Below the pieces are notes generated by a model. It saw nothing but the letters and a program-made list of their open reading frames with translations. It searched no databases and was not told the origin of the DNA. Source: Campylobacter phage CP30A. Taken from it: a DNA stretch of 24,000 nucleotides. Of this stretch, positions 14,564-23,998 are shown in pieces (positions within the stretch are counted from its first letter, which is position 1; the number at the start of each line of letters is the position of its first letter). The DNA lies in sequence record JX569801.1; one strand, 5' to 3'. The translations under genes and the position numbers were made by a program.

Positions 14564-17219
14564 TATTATTAAAATAGATGGCCAAATGGTTTCATTAGAT
14601 GTAGATTCTTTAAAAGATGCTTCTATTGAAACTATTATTAAAATATTAAATTATACTGAAGATACATTTAAACCTTTGCTAGATTATATGTCTAACAATG
14701 GAATCCCTTATTATATGATTTTATATGGAAGATTTAATAATGAGTCTTTATATAAACAAATGGGAATAAACATCCTAAAAACATTAGGTGCTGTTGCAAT
14801 GTTATTCCCACCTGTAAGGTTAGTAGGATCAGGTTCTAGAGTTATTACTGTTGTACCAAAATTAGTATTTAGTAAAGGTGGATTAGTAAATGTTACATTA
14901 ATATCTGCTGGTGCAGCTTTAAAAACAGAAGAAAATAATGAGCTATATACACTTGAAACTATGCTTAAAAATGCAATTGTGTTTATATTTGAAGATATTA
15001 TAGTTAGTACTTTTAAAATGGCTAAAGATGGTATAATGAAATTAAGTTTAGGTATAGCTGAAAAAATAAAAAAAGATGGAAGTGTTTTAGTTAATGGATT
15101 ACCTATATACTTATATACAGATCTTGATAACATGGATCCAACTTTATTATCAAAAAATTCAGAAACTTACGATAAATTAAGACCTGATTTACTAATTATT
15201 TTTGAATATATCACAACTCAAGCCAAAACTAATAAATTTGTTGATAATTATTATTTTGAATCTTTAAGTTTAATGAAGGAAAAAGATCCAAAACTATATT
15301 CAATGGTAAAAAATTCAATATTTGGAAAACAACATGTAAGACAAGGATTTATAAGACTTGTACACAACGCAATGTATTATTTTTCAAATTCTTATGAAGT
15401 AACATATGATGATTTTAATGATAACATAGATGATGTCCTACCATCTAATATATTAAATGATTTTAAAAAAATGATTTTGGACAATTCTTTAGAACCATTA
15501 AAAGACAAAAAAGGGAAACAAAAAACATCACTATTTGGTGATAAATTATATAAAGTAGTATATGATAAAAGTGCTTCACAAAGTTATAATATTGGAGATG
15601 TACAAGATCTTAATAGGTTGACAAAAGCACAATTTTTTAATATGAATAAAAAACTTCAAAATCAGACAGTTTTAAGTCAATTTGATATAGAACCACAGAA
15701 AACAGAAAAAAATACTGCAAATGTTTCAACACCATCTACTATAGTAGGAAGAGTAAATTCTGTATTACAAAAACATGTAGGTAGGGCAAAATTAACATCA
15801 GAAGGAGTTGCTCATGTTAAAAAATATGGTATTACTACAACAAAGTCAAGTCTTACTTTAGAAGGTTTTGATCCATCTAAATATTATTTTTCATATAGTG
15901 GTACTGAACCATTTAACACTGGTATAGGAAAATTGGATTCCAACCTTTTATACAATTTAAATCTAATGGCTTATGACTATTTTAATACATATAAAAAACA
16001 ATTTATTGTAACTTCTGGTTATAGAAGTATGGAATCACAGCAAAAATTATATAATAATTTTATAAATGGTAAGGGTAGTCCTGCAAACAGACCTGGATAT
16101 TCATTACATGAATATGGTATGGCAGTAGATATTAATAGTGCAGATGCAATAAAATTAGATTCTAGTGGAATGCTTTCAAAATATGATTTTTGGAGACCTA
16201 TACCAAATAAGGAACCTTGGCATGTTCAACCAAAAAACATTACTGATAAAAACGGTGATGGTATGCTTGAAGCTGATATCATTGAAACTAAAAAGAAACA
16301 AGCAAATACATTACAAAAAACAAAACCTATAAATACTACTTCAATCAATACAAACATAAAAAAACAATTATCTACAAATACAGTAGTTTCTACTTCTGGT
16401 AAATATTATTCTATAAATATAGGTAGATCTATGTATATTTCTAATATAAAACAAGAAAAACCTATAAAAGCAAATACAAGAGATGTTAAACCAACCACAA
16501 ATAAAGCTATAACAGATACAAAAACTATTGAACCAACTGCAAATAAAGAAGTTATAACAGATATAAAAACAAAACCTATTAATCATTCTAATATATCAAG
16601 AAAGTATGCTCCAGAGGATACAATTGAAATTAATAAAGAAGTTATAACAGATATAAAAACAAAACCTATTAATCATTCTAATATATCAAGAAAGTATGCT
16701 CCAGAGGATACAATTGAAATTAATAAAGAAGTAAAGAGATTGGGTGATGAGTTTACACCAAAAAATAATAAAGGTGCATCTATTCCTGGAGATATAGGAT
16801 ACAAAGATGCTGGTAATGGAGTATCTATTCCCGGAGATATAGGTTATGAGGAGAAAAAAATAGCAACTTCTTATGATGTTAAAACCCAAAAGGCAAAAAA
16901 TATAACTTATAAAAAAGGAAAAGATGATAATACCTATTATACATCAGATGGTAATTTTATTACCAAGAAAACAAAAACATATGATGATGGAACTAAAGAA
17001 GATTACTATTTAACAAATACTGGTCTTGAATTAACAGAAAATATGTTACAAAATGATACAGACGAACAATTTACTGAAATGTCAGGATTATCAAAGGATC
17101 AATTTCAAAAAGGTATTAATTTAATAAATAATAAACAATCTTCTACTAATGGAGACGGTGATAAACCTTCTGTTGATGCTGTCAAATCAGTTGAAATTAC
17201 AAAGAAATTAGGATTATAA
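14556..17219 (+). CDS. large baseplate hub/tail protein with embedded M15-type (D-Ala-D-Ala carboxypeptidase/endopeptidase) domain
   Basis: QFIVTSGYRSMESQQKLY...PANRPGYSLHEYGMAVDINSAD...NKEPWHVQP: HxxxxxxD and ExxH-type zinc peptidase motifs. Confidence 0.75.
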   Translation: MSDIIKIDGQMVSLDVDSLKDASIETIIKILNYTEDTFKPLLDYMSNNGIPYYMILYGRFNNESLYKQMGINILKTLGAVAMLFPPVRLVGSGSRVITVVPKLVFSKGGLVNVTLISAGAALKTEENNELYTLETMLKNAIVFIFEDIIVSTFKMAKDGIMKLSLGIAEKIKKDGSVLVNGLPIYLYTDLDNMDPTLLSKNSETYDKLRPDLLIIFEYITTQAKTNKFVDNYYFESLSLMKEKDPKLYSMVKNSIFGKQHVRQGFIRLVHNAMYYFSNSYEVTYDDFNDNIDDVLPSNILNDFKKMILDNSLEPLKDKKGKQKTSLFGDKLYKVVYDKSASQSYNIGDVQDLNRLTKAQFFNMNKKLQNQTVLSQFDIEPQKTEKNTANVSTPSTIVGRVNSVLQKHVGRAKLTSEGVAHVKKYGITTTKSSLTLEGFDPSKYYFSYSGTEPFNTGIGKLDSNLLYNLNLMAYDYFNTYKKQFIVTSGYRSMESQQKLYNNFINGKGSPANRPGYSLHEYGMAVDINSADAIKLDSSGMLSKYDFWRPIPNKEPWHVQPKNITDKNGDGMLEADIIETKKKQANTLQKTKPINTTSINTNIKKQLSTNTVVSTSGKYYSINIGRSMYISNIKQEKPIKANTRDVKPTTNKAITDTKTIEPTANKEVITDIKTKPINHSNISRKYAPEDTIEINKEVITDIKTKPINHSNISRKYAPEDTIEINKEVKRLGDEFTPKNNKGASIPGDIGYKDAGNGVSIPGDIGYEEKKIATSYDVKTQKAKNITYKKGKDDNTYYTSDGNFITKKTKTYDDGTKEDYYLTNTGLELTENMLQNDTDEQFTEMSGLSKDQFQKGINLINNKQSSTNGDGDKPSVDAVKSVEITKKLGL
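16542..16732 (+). repeat. exact 90-bp in-frame tandem duplication (2.1 copies)
   Basis: Encodes NKEVITDIKTKPINHSNISRKYAPEDTIEI twice; nucleotides identical. Confidence 0.95.
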
Positions 17220-17220
17220 C

Positions 17221-18177
17221 ATGGCTGAAGTAATTAATATACCTGGATTAGATAATGAAAAATATTTAGTTAAAATAACAGCTTACGATATTGATAATTT
17301 AGGTATAGGGAAGGAAGTTATGGATTCCTGGGATGATTTGATAAAAAAAGTTGATGAAAGCGGATCAACTAATATTAACTCAGAAGGAGAGTACTCATCT
17401 ATAGATCAGCTATCCGAAACTTCAAGTAATATATTAAAACGCACAGTTGAGCTAATGATTGATAGGGATTCTGCTATTATATCAACAGATGCTGCTGGGA
17501 CATTCTATTTCCCTCTACCAAACTCATTATCAGACCAATATGTACAATCATATGAAGTACAGTCTATGAATTTGTTAGGTAGTGCTATTTCAAAAGCAAG
17601 TAGCTATGCAGGTCAAACTTCTATAAAAAATATATCTGAACAAGCATTAAAAAGAAGTGGTATTCAACTAGATCCTAATATCTTATCAATATATAGGTCA
17701 TCAAATCCTAGGAATATAGATATGTCTTGGAATATAATACCAAAATCAAGAAAACAATATGACGCTTATGTTGCTCAAATAAGTAAGTTAAAAAACTGGA
17801 CAAAAGCTAAAAGGAACCCTATTACTTTAGGTAGTGTAGGAAATATAATACCTATGAACTTTTTGATTATGAAATACATTTTTTGTATAGAAATTATCTC
17901 ATTACAAAATGATAAAACACCTTTAGTTTCAAACCTATTAAGTGCTTCAAGAGATGTTACAGAAGGTTTCTTTATATCTTTGATAAATACTAATATAGGG
18001 TCAAGGCAACTAATGTTGAGACATGATGGTAATCCGACTGAATTTTCTCTTAGTATTCAATTTATTGAAAGGAAACCTTTATGGAGAGATGATTGGGAAA
18101 AGAAAATAAATAGCCTATATAACGATCAAGGTAAATCAGAAACTTCTTTGAAAGAAGATGATATTTATAAAGAATAG
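17221..18177 (+). CDS. baseplate tail-tube cap protein, T4 gp48-like
   Basis: TFYFPLPNSLSDQYVQSYE...FIMKYIFCIEI...FSLSIQFIERKPLWRDDW. Confidence 0.6.
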   Translation: MAEVINIPGLDNEKYLVKITAYDIDNLGIGKEVMDSWDDLIKKVDESGSTNINSEGEYSSIDQLSETSSNILKRTVELMIDRDSAIISTDAAGTFYFPLPNSLSDQYVQSYEVQSMNLLGSAISKASSYAGQTSIKNISEQALKRSGIQLDPNILSIYRSSNPRNIDMSWNIIPKSRKQYDAYVAQISKLKNWTKAKRNPITLGSVGNIIPMNFLIMKYIFCIEIISLQNDKTPLVSNLLSASRDVTEGFFISLINTNIGSRQLMLRHDGNPTEFSLSIQFIERKPLWRDDWEKKINSLYNDQGKSETSLKEDDIYKE

Positions 18178-18192
18178 AAAGGATGCAATTTT

Positions 18193-18546
18193 ATGAATGA
18201 TACACAAACTATCCAAATATTTGATTTAATAGGTGACTCACAAGCTAGAGATTATATTGCTATAAAAGCTTATAAAATAGGAAGTGATGTATCGGGTATA
18301 AAAGATAGCATTAATGATATTTTAGATGATGATCCATCAAAAGCATTTGATAATATTTTAAACATGGCAGAGAATAATATTTCAAATATTATAAACCCAT
18401 CTAATTGGGAGGCAGGACCTAAATTAAAACCTGGTGTGCCATGTGAATACATTTGGATATTACCTATACCATCATCTTTAGCAGAAGCATTTAGCCATGA
18501 ATTTAATCAAGATGAAATAGATCCAATAGGTGATATGATAGGATAA
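18193..18546 (+). CDS. N-terminal part of a gp48/gp54-like baseplate tube protein
   Basis: CEYIWILPIPSSLAEAFSHEFNQDE aligns with TFYFPLPNSLSDQYVQSYEVQS of the preceding gene. Confidence 0.5.
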   Translation: MNDTQTIQIFDLIGDSQARDYIAIKAYKIGSDVSGIKDSINDILDDDPSKAFDNILNMAENNISNIINPSNWEAGPKLKPGVPCEYIWILPIPSSLAEAFSHEFNQDEIDPIGDMIG

Positions 18547-18553
18547 TAAAATT

Positions 18554-19315
18554 ATGGCATCTATAAGATCATTTGCGAATTTTTTTAAAAAGGGCCCTAA
18601 AAAAGTACATAATACAGAAGTACCACCACATACAATAAAATCTAACAAACCAAAACCTAATAAAATGTCTACAGTTAAAGGTAAAATTAAAAAAGGTGGT
18701 GCTATAGTTGGAATGGCAACTGGTGCAGCATTACCTTTTGGGTATAATCTACTAAAACGGAATAATATCAGGACTGACCCTCATATTATTAATACATATA
18801 ATGGAACACCAAATAGGGTATTTAATTTTGAAACTATTCTTTTACCTAATAATGCAAAACATGCAGAGGATATTGTTAAGGCGTTATTACAGTTAAAATC
18901 AATAATGACTGGGACTCAATTGGGTACAGATAAAACTGGATTATTAATATCACAAGATTATATTTTTACAATAGAATTTGGATCTAAAGATCCAACTAAA
19001 GGTGAACAGCTTAAAAAAGTATTAAATGAACTTTTACAGCTAAATCATGAAGAAAACGGAGAAACTGAGTTGAACCTTAAAATGTGTAATATTAATTACA
19101 TGGGTCAGGCATCTGCTTTATATGGAAACGGATTACCAAGAGATTTATCTATTGCGTTACAATTTGAAGAAAAACGACCTTTAAGAATGACATCAGATAT
19201 TGTTGAAACAACTGATACATCAAATCCAAATGGGAATGAAAAAATATCAGAACCTAATATAGGACTAACAGAAGAGGAACTAAATTATAAATATTCACAA
19301 GATGAAAATAGTTAA
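18554..19315 (+). CDS. C-terminal part of a gp48/gp54-like baseplate tube protein
   Basis: NFETILLPNNAKHAEDIVKALLQLKSIM...YIFTIEFG...DLSIALQFEEKRPLRM parallels the C-terminal half of the 17221-18177 product. Confidence 0.5.
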   Translation: MASIRSFANFFKKGPKKVHNTEVPPHTIKSNKPKPNKMSTVKGKIKKGGAIVGMATGAALPFGYNLLKRNNIRTDPHIINTYNGTPNRVFNFETILLPNNAKHAEDIVKALLQLKSIMTGTQLGTDKTGLLISQDYIFTIEFGSKDPTKGEQLKKVLNELLQLNHEENGETELNLKMCNINYMGQASALYGNGLPRDLSIALQFEEKRPLRMTSDIVETTDTSNPNGNEKISEPNIGLTEEELNYKYSQDENS

Positions 19316-19336
19316 TTTATAATACAAGGGCAAGTT

Positions 19337-19798
19337 ATGAAAAATTCTGTTTTAAATAATAAAATAATGGTTGATTTCAATGGATTTTCATTATCTCCTA
19401 CATATTCAGTAAATATACCAAAATTAAGAGAATTTATGAAAAATAACTTATCAATGTTTTATGTTAAAGAAATGAATGATAATGTTAGATTTGAAGTATT
19501 AGCATTAAGAGAATATAATGATTCATCTTTATGGGATATTTTGATGATTTTAAACTTTGGTGAAAATGGCATTCTTAATTTTGCTAAAGGCGATACTTGG
19601 GTAGGTGATAATGCTGAAAATCAATATAAAGAACAACAAGAATATTTTTCACCTAATTTTAAACCTGAAGATTTATATAATCAAATACTATCAAAAATAC
19701 AAAAAAAGAATGAATCAAGAAGGAAAGTTATTTTTATAAAAAGGCAATTTATACCTCAGTTTAAAGAATCCATAAAGGATATGTTAAATGTTTTCTGA
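19337..19798 (+). CDS. baseplate wedge protein, gp53-like
   Basis: YNDSSLWDILMILNFGENGILNF pattern and position next to the hub genes. Confidence 0.45.
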   Translation: MKNSVLNNKIMVDFNGFSLSPTYSVNIPKLREFMKNNLSMFYVKEMNDNVRFEVLALREYNDSSLWDILMILNFGENGILNFAKGDTWVGDNAENQYKEQQEYFSPNFKPEDLYNQILSKIQKKNESRRKVIFIKRQFIPQFKESIKDMLNVF

Positions 19799-20924
19799 TT
19801 TTAAAATTATGCCTGAAGCATATTATGCAATACTTTTATATTCAAATAATAAAAAATCTGAATTACCACTAGACCCAGCTAATATATCAGATTTTACAAT
19901 AATCTGGGATTATAATGATTTATGCGTTGAAGGTTATGTTATTTTTAATGATACCCAAAAAATAACAGAACTTTTACCACCACATAACGGAATATGTTTT
20001 AAAGTTTCATTAAAAGATCACTTTAATATTAAGTTTGAAAGAGTATTTAAGGTAACAAAAATAGACAGAGATTTTGAAGGTCAATCTGTTGCCACTATAA
20101 AGTTTGAGTTAGTTGATGAATATTATAATATGTTTGCTAATACTTTTATTTCAAAAGGATACAACAATGTAAAGTCAACAGATGTTATTAAAGATATTTT
20201 TAGTACAAAGTCTGATTTAATTTCAACACCATTAAATGTTATTATAAAAGATACACCTAAAAATACCTATGAGAATTATGTGATACAAGGTAATAAAAAT
20301 CTATTATATCTTCTAAATAATATGCAAAAATTTGATGACTTACTTATTATTAATACTAGAAAAGGTATTGTTGTTATACCTACTGATAATATAGGTAAGT
20401 TATCACCTGATCTATCAAAAGTAGTAAAGTTTTCACCAACTCAAACACAAGAATATTCACCTTATTCTGTTAAAGACTTTACATTAATACAAGGTGATAT
20501 GTTAACTCAAAATGCAATTTTACCACCGTCTATAACTTATCAAGTTGATTCAAAGAAAATTACTAAAGAAGAACATAATACAAAAATATCACATGGTAAA
20601 AGTGGTTTAAAAACAAGTTTAACAATAAATGACAAAGATGGTATTCAAGGTATAAAAATATTCCCATACTTACATAATATAGTTGATTCAATATATAATA
20701 CTGAAATATTAGAAAGTTCTGCTATAAATATAAATGTGGCTGGTATGTTTAACCATAATTTAATGTGTAAAGTAAGTTTTGATGCAAATTCATCTATTGA
20801 AACATTAAAATCAAAAATGCCTTATGTTACTGGTGAATATTTTATAACTAAAATAGTTGATCATATATCATCTGGTAATGTTTTTACACAAACAATAACA
20901 TTAGGAAGAATAGGTTCTGTATGA
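19788..20924 (+). CDS. baseplate hub subunit, gp27-like
   Basis: Size, order before the spike gene, KITEL.../YENYVIQGNKNLLYLLNNM...YVTGEYFITKIVDHISSGNVFTQTITLGR. Confidence 0.6.
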   Translation: MFSDFKIMPEAYYAILLYSNNKKSELPLDPANISDFTIIWDYNDLCVEGYVIFNDTQKITELLPPHNGICFKVSLKDHFNIKFERVFKVTKIDRDFEGQSVATIKFELVDEYYNMFANTFISKGYNNVKSTDVIKDIFSTKSDLISTPLNVIIKDTPKNTYENYVIQGNKNLLYLLNNMQKFDDLLIINTRKGIVVIPTDNIGKLSPDLSKVVKFSPTQTQEYSPYSVKDFTLIQGDMLTQNAILPPSITYQVDSKKITKEEHNTKISHGKSGLKTSLTINDKDGIQGIKIFPYLHNIVDSIYNTEILESSAININVAGMFNHNLMCKVSFDANSSIETLKSKMPYVTGEYFITKIVDHISSGNVFTQTITLGRIGSV

Positions 20925-21703
20925 GAGTAAATGAAAAGAATTTTAAAATATTAACACAAACTCTACCTTTTTATAAAGGTGTAATTGAAGATGATAAAGA
21001 TCCTTTAGAATCTCAAAGATATAGGGTAAGAATTATTGGTATAGATGATGAAACTATACCTACTGAAACTTTACCTTGGGCTACTTCATTGGATTTTTCT
21101 TTGTTTTCTGGTATGGGCTTTACAAGTTTTATAAAAAAAGGTGCTTATGTATTAGTTCATTTATTTCAAAATGATAGAAATCAACCTATTATAATAGGTG
21201 TTTTAAAAGGTGTTAATAATCAAAATGAAGAATTACAATCATTTAAAGATCCTACAGGTCAATATCCTTTAAATGATTATAAAAATCAACCTGATACAAA
21301 TAATAAATCAAAAGGTGAAAAATACTTAAAGAATCAAGTATTTGAAACAGAATCAGGGCATTATATGGAATTTGATGATTCAAATGGAGATGAAAGAATA
21401 CATATATTTCATAGAACTGGTACAGAAATTCTAGTTGATAAAGAAGGTACAGTAACAATAAATGTTGTAAAAGATAGAAACTTAAATGTTAAAGAGAACC
21501 AAACTTCTGTTATAGATAAGAATGATACAACACATATAAAAGAAAATAAAAACTTAACTGTTGATAAAGATAATACAACAAATATTAAAGGAAACAACAC
21601 CATAAATATTGATAAAGACTGTAATATTACAATTAAAGGCGAATGTAATATTACAGTTACTGGAAATGCTAATATTAAAGCATCAAATATTAATTTAAAT
21701 TAA
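20921..21703 (+). CDS. central spike, gp5/VgrG-like OB-fold plus beta-helix, no lysozyme domain
   Basis: KGVIEDDKDPLESQRYRVRIIGIDDE...WATSL...GAYVLVHLFQNDRNQPIIIGVL, then TNIKGNNTINIDKDCNITIKGECNITVTGNANI beta-helix repeats. Confidence 0.8.
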   Translation: MRVNEKNFKILTQTLPFYKGVIEDDKDPLESQRYRVRIIGIDDETIPTETLPWATSLDFSLFSGMGFTSFIKKGAYVLVHLFQNDRNQPIIIGVLKGVNNQNEELQSFKDPTGQYPLNDYKNQPDTNNKSKGEKYLKNQVFETESGHYMEFDDSNGDERIHIFHRTGTEILVDKEGTVTINVVKDRNLNVKENQTSVIDKNDTTHIKENKNLTVDKDNTTNIKGNNTINIDKDCNITIKGECNITVTGNANIKASNINLN

Positions 21704-22031
21704 ATAATTTTTTAAAAAAACATTTAATTTTACAATGTTTGTGATTATGTGTTAGTTTCTCAACACTAATATTAATTTCATTTTTCTTGTCATCTATTTT
21801 TTTAATAATATCATCAACATTATCATCAACAGATATTTTTACATCTGGATTTAAATGAATTTCTTTAGCTGAATTAACAATGTAGTCTTTTGCTAAAAAA
21901 ATAACATTGTTATCAGATTCTATTATTATATTCTTTTTAAACTTAATGTAAATATTTTTTTCATCTTCTTTTATAATAATATTATCGTTAAAAACTTTTG
22001 ATAGTTGTTTATTGTTATCCTCTAAAAACAT
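21690..22031 (-). CDS. hypothetical protein, 113 aa, possibly spike-associated
   Basis: NIIIKEDEKNIYIKFKKNIIIESDNNVIFLAK beta-rich stretch; between spike and PAAR genes. Confidence 0.65.
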   Translation of the reverse strand: MFLEDNNKQLSKVFNDNIIIKEDEKNIYIKFKKNIIIESDNNVIFLAKDYIVNSAKEIHLNPDVKISVDDNVDDIIKKIDDKKNEINISVEKLTHNHKHCKIKCFFKKLFNLN

Positions 22032-22302
22032 TATTACTCCCCTGAGCGATTATACCTCCACAATTAACAGCATCCCCTATACCACAAGTAGCTTTTGAAT
22101 TTGTAAAAACACTTGTGCTACCACTTGAACTATTTCTACCATGAGGTGGTGTGTCAGGACATGCGTGTGGTTGTATTTTATCACCTAATCTATGAACAGC
22201 TATTGAATTTGCAAAAACATTAGAACTTGCTTCTATTGTAGGAGAAGGTGGATAACAACTATGTCCTAATGCTATATCTCCTAATCTAGTTACTGGTGGC
22301 AT
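22015..22302 (-). CDS. PAAR-domain spike tip protein (gp5.4-like)
   Basis: MPPVTRLGDIALGHSCYPPSPT...HRLGDKIQPHACP...TPPHGRNSSSGSTSVFTNSKATCGIGDAVNCGGIIAQGSNNVF. Confidence 0.9.
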   Translation of the reverse strand: MPPVTRLGDIALGHSCYPPSPTIEASSNVFANSIAVHRLGDKIQPHACPDTPPHGRNSSSGSTSVFTNSKATCGIGDAVNCGGIIAQGSNNVFRG

Positions 22303-23909
22303 AATATCCCTTTCCTATTCTTTACCCAAACACCTTGCCCACAATCCCATACTTTATAATACCCGTTTATATTCATATTTTCTGACTCAGTTAAGTTTGG
22401 ATCAAATTTCTCTAATTTATCTTTGAGTTTATGCTTCATAAATTGTTGTCTAGAGTATTTAGTCCCATTCTTATAGTAGAAATAACCTGGCTTAGAATAA
22501 TGGCTAAATTCGAACCCTAATTGTTTATAAATTGATCCATCAGAATATAATCTGTCAGAGTAACTTATTAATGAACCTTCATTTTCTTTTTCGAAATGTT
22601 TCAATAATTTAGAAGCACCACCTACTACATTTGTGTTCTTCTTAGTACATAATCTAATCAATTCCCAATTATATTTATCTGTAAATCTAGATTTTCCAAA
22701 TGACATTAAACACACTAACTCATCTTGGTAGTATAATCCATAACACACAGTTGATCCAGTAAATCCTTGGAGATGATTGCTTTCTAAAAACTCTTTCCCT
22801 TCTGTCTTAGGCACTTCTTTTAAAGTACATTTTCTAGCCATTATCTTTTTTGATTTTCCTAGTTTGTTATTAATAATTGACTTCCATATATCTTTTTTCT
22901 CTATCCAAGATGATTCGAATATATGTAGTAATTGTATGCCTTTTTCTAAACATTTTTCTGTTTTGTTTAAATGATAATTTTTATCTTTACCCATTTGCTC
23001 AGAATGCCAGTAATCTCCATTACATTCTACAGCTAAGTTATGTTCTGGTAAATAGAAATCTAACTCTTTATCACCTAGTACTGAGTAGTTATTGTTTATA
23101 TAATTACCTAATAATTCAGACATTTCCTTTTCAAATGAGCTAGTAGAAGGGTTACATATAGGACAATATACACATCCTTTTCTAAAGCTCTTTACTTCTC
23201 TACTAAAAGTATGTCCATTTTTACATTCAAATAAGTTTTTTCCAACTACTTTATAACCTAACTCTTTTATAAATAATGTTCTTTTATCTTCAACACATTC
23301 ACTACATAATGGGAATTTTTTAAAATTGTTGAATATTCTCTTGGATATGTGACCATTTTTGCACATGAGTTCTAATTCTTCTGAGTTATATTGATTTATT
23401 ATGGTATAACCAAAACTAGTTATAAGTTTTACCTTATCTTCTTCATTACATTTTGGGCAATTGATGTATCCTTTTTTTAAATCATTATATTCTTTCTTAA
23501 AAATATGCCCGTTTTTGCATTTTATGAATAAGTCATGTGCTAAGTTTTCTGACGCTGGCTCATAACCACAATTTTTTATAAATTTAATTTTTTCTTCTTT
23601 TATACATTCATTACATGTAGTAGTTCCCTTTTTAAAGTTACCAAAATACTTTTTTATAATGTGTCCATTTCTACATTTAAGTAATAACTTTCCTTTTTTA
23701 TCCATAGTAACAACTTCATAACCTAATCCTTTTATAAACTCTAGTTTTTGCTTTTCTTCACACTTAGGACATTTTATATATCCTTTTTTGAAATCACCAA
23801 ATTCTCTTTTAAAAATATGATTATTTTTACATTTTACATACAAGTTTCTAACTAAGTCTTCAGATACAACTTCATAACCTAAATTATTTAAAAATTTTAT
23901 TTTATCCAT
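22290..23909 (-). CDS. second homing-type endonuclease with five diverged zinc-knuckle-like repeats
   Basis: Same architecture as 6458-8083; FEKEMSELLG...ELDFYLPEHNLAVECNGDYWHSE and near-identical C-terminus through VWDCGQGVWVK. Confidence 0.75.
   Translation of the reverse strand: MDKIKFLNNLGYEVVSEDLVRNLYVKCKNNHIFKREFGDFKKGYIKCPKCEEKQKLEFIKGLGYEVVTMDKKGKLLLKCRNGHIIKKYFGNFKKGTTTCNECIKEEKIKFIKNCGYEPASENLAHDLFIKCKNGHIFKKEYNDLKKGYINCPKCNEEDKVKLITSFGYTIINQYNSEELELMCKNGHISKRIFNNFKKFPLCSECVEDKRTLFIKELGYKVVGKNLFECKNGHTFSREVKSFRKGCVYCPICNPSTSSFEKEMSELLGNYINNNYSVLGDKELDFYLPEHNLAVECNGDYWHSEQMGKDKNYHLNKTEKCLEKGIQLLHIFESSWIEKKDIWKSIINNKLGKSKKIMARKCTLKEVPKTEGKEFLESNHLQGFTGSTVCYGLYYQDELVCLMSFGKSRFTDKYNWELIRLCTKKNTNVVGGASKLLKHFEKENEGSLISYSDRLYSDGSIYKQLGFEFSHYSKPGYFYYKNGTKYSRQQFMKHKLKDKLEKFDPNLTESENMNINGYYKVWDCGQGVWVKNRKGILCHQ
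23139..23909 (-). repeat. five tandem ~48-54-aa coding repeats
   Basis: KCKNNHIFKREF..CPKCE, KCRNGHIIKKYF..CNECI, KCKNGHIFKKEY..CPKCN, MCKNGHISKRIF..CSECV, ECKNGHTFSREV..CPICN. Confidence 0.85.
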
Positions 23910-23920
23910 TTGTTACCTGT

Positions 23921-23998
23921 TTAAAATAAACTAAAACCAAATGCCAAAAAATAGCCTTTAAAAATATATGATAAAGCACCTACACCTAATGACAAAGC
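23921..23998 (-). CDS. 3' end of a gene entering from the right edge, hydrophobic C-terminus
   Basis: Open minus frame to the window edge: ALSLGVGALSYIFKGYFLAFGFSLF*. Confidence 0.4.
   Translation of the reverse strand, partial: ALSLGVGALSYIFKGYFLAFGFSLF

Noticed and set aside
14711-15133. Minus-strand ORF, 140 aa
   Set aside because: Antisense shadow of the 887-aa baseplate protein; no SD, no recognisable domain.
16412-16419. TATAAATA late promoter on the plus strand
   Set aside because: Inside a long coding region with no gene start nearby; expected by chance in AT-rich DNA.
16368-16889. Minus-strand ORFs at 16368-16586 and 16686-16889
   Set aside because: Antisense shadows whose repeats come from the repeat-rich sense protein.
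20723-20730. TATAAATA late promoter on the plus strand
   Set aside because: Inside the hub gene and about 200 nt from the next start; weak support.
21252-21603. Minus-strand ORFs opposite the spike gene
   Set aside because: Antisense shadows of beta-helix repeats.
22777-23143. Plus-strand ORFs at 22777-22974 and 22877-23143
   Set aside because: Antisense to the second endonuclease; no supporting signals.
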